The notes below the pieces were generated by a model that did no database searches, had not been told where the DNA came from, and worked only from the letters and a program-made list of their open reading frames with translations. 64,000 bases of DNA from Gordius albopunctatus (lineage: Eukaryota): contig OZ193909.1 in the NCBI GenBank assembly GCA_964276515.1, positions 1,364,001-1,428,000 on the forward strand. The letters run 5' to 3'. Position 1 is the first letter of the stretch; the number at the start of each line of letters is the position of its first letter. Positions 63,451 to 64,000 of this stretch are shown piece by piece. The position numbers and the translations under genes are program-made.

Positions 63451-64000
63451 TCAGATTCTGAATATTCAAAATAAGGAGATGAATTGAAATCTCCATGAAC
63501 ACAATATGAAAAATATTTTTCACTCATTTCATATAAAGGATCGAATTCAATAATTTAAATATACAATGTATAATGTGTCCAAAAATTATTATCTATGTAT
63601 CAAAGAGCTCGAGCTTAAATCTAAAAAGATACCTTAAGGTAATATTATTATACATATTATTATATATATATTAAGTCTATATCTTAGATACAAATTTTAA
63701 TACCTTTTTCAAATATAAAGGATACTTGTTTATTTTGTTAAATTATAATATCTTAAATACAAAATACTTTTAGATTATCATTTCATTACCAGTTTAATAT
63801 AGATCAAAGACAGCATTCTAAAATAAATATCATGTTTGTTTAATAAATATAGCGCCATCTATATTATGTATAATATTAATTTATTGATGTTCGTTAAATT
63901 TATTATGAACTAGTGAGAAAGGTAAATTGACTATTATTTGCCTAAAAATAAAACATTTTTATTCAATTTATTTCTTATATTAATATTTAATTTTTGATTT

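Overview
AT-rich, intron-rich animal (invertebrate) nuclear DNA; the species cannot be determined from the sequence. Minus strand, 1-24.9 kb: the 5' half of a canonical ankyrin gene (Ank2/unc-44 type), with 24 ANK repeats on exons joined by phase-0 introns, a linker of small exons, and ZU5 exons running off the left edge. The linker introns hold several candidate alternative exons, including a ~1.2-kb GC-rich exon and at least one internal alternative first exon. Further right: an intact RTE-clade non-LTR retrotransposon (31.9-34.9 kb); a small two-exon plus-strand gene for a secreted six-cysteine peptide resembling eclosion hormone (38.8-39.1 kb, the most interesting item); a two-exon NSF gene; a WIP/verprolin gene; a non-autonomous hAT element with perfect 8-bp TSDs that keeps a dimerisation-domain ORF; an 8-exon NUDT17-like gene with a degenerate Nudix box; two decayed RTE copies; and many MITEs, including a Helitron nested in a TIR element. 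All gene models were built by eye from splice signals, phase compatibility and remembered family motifs; no searches were run.
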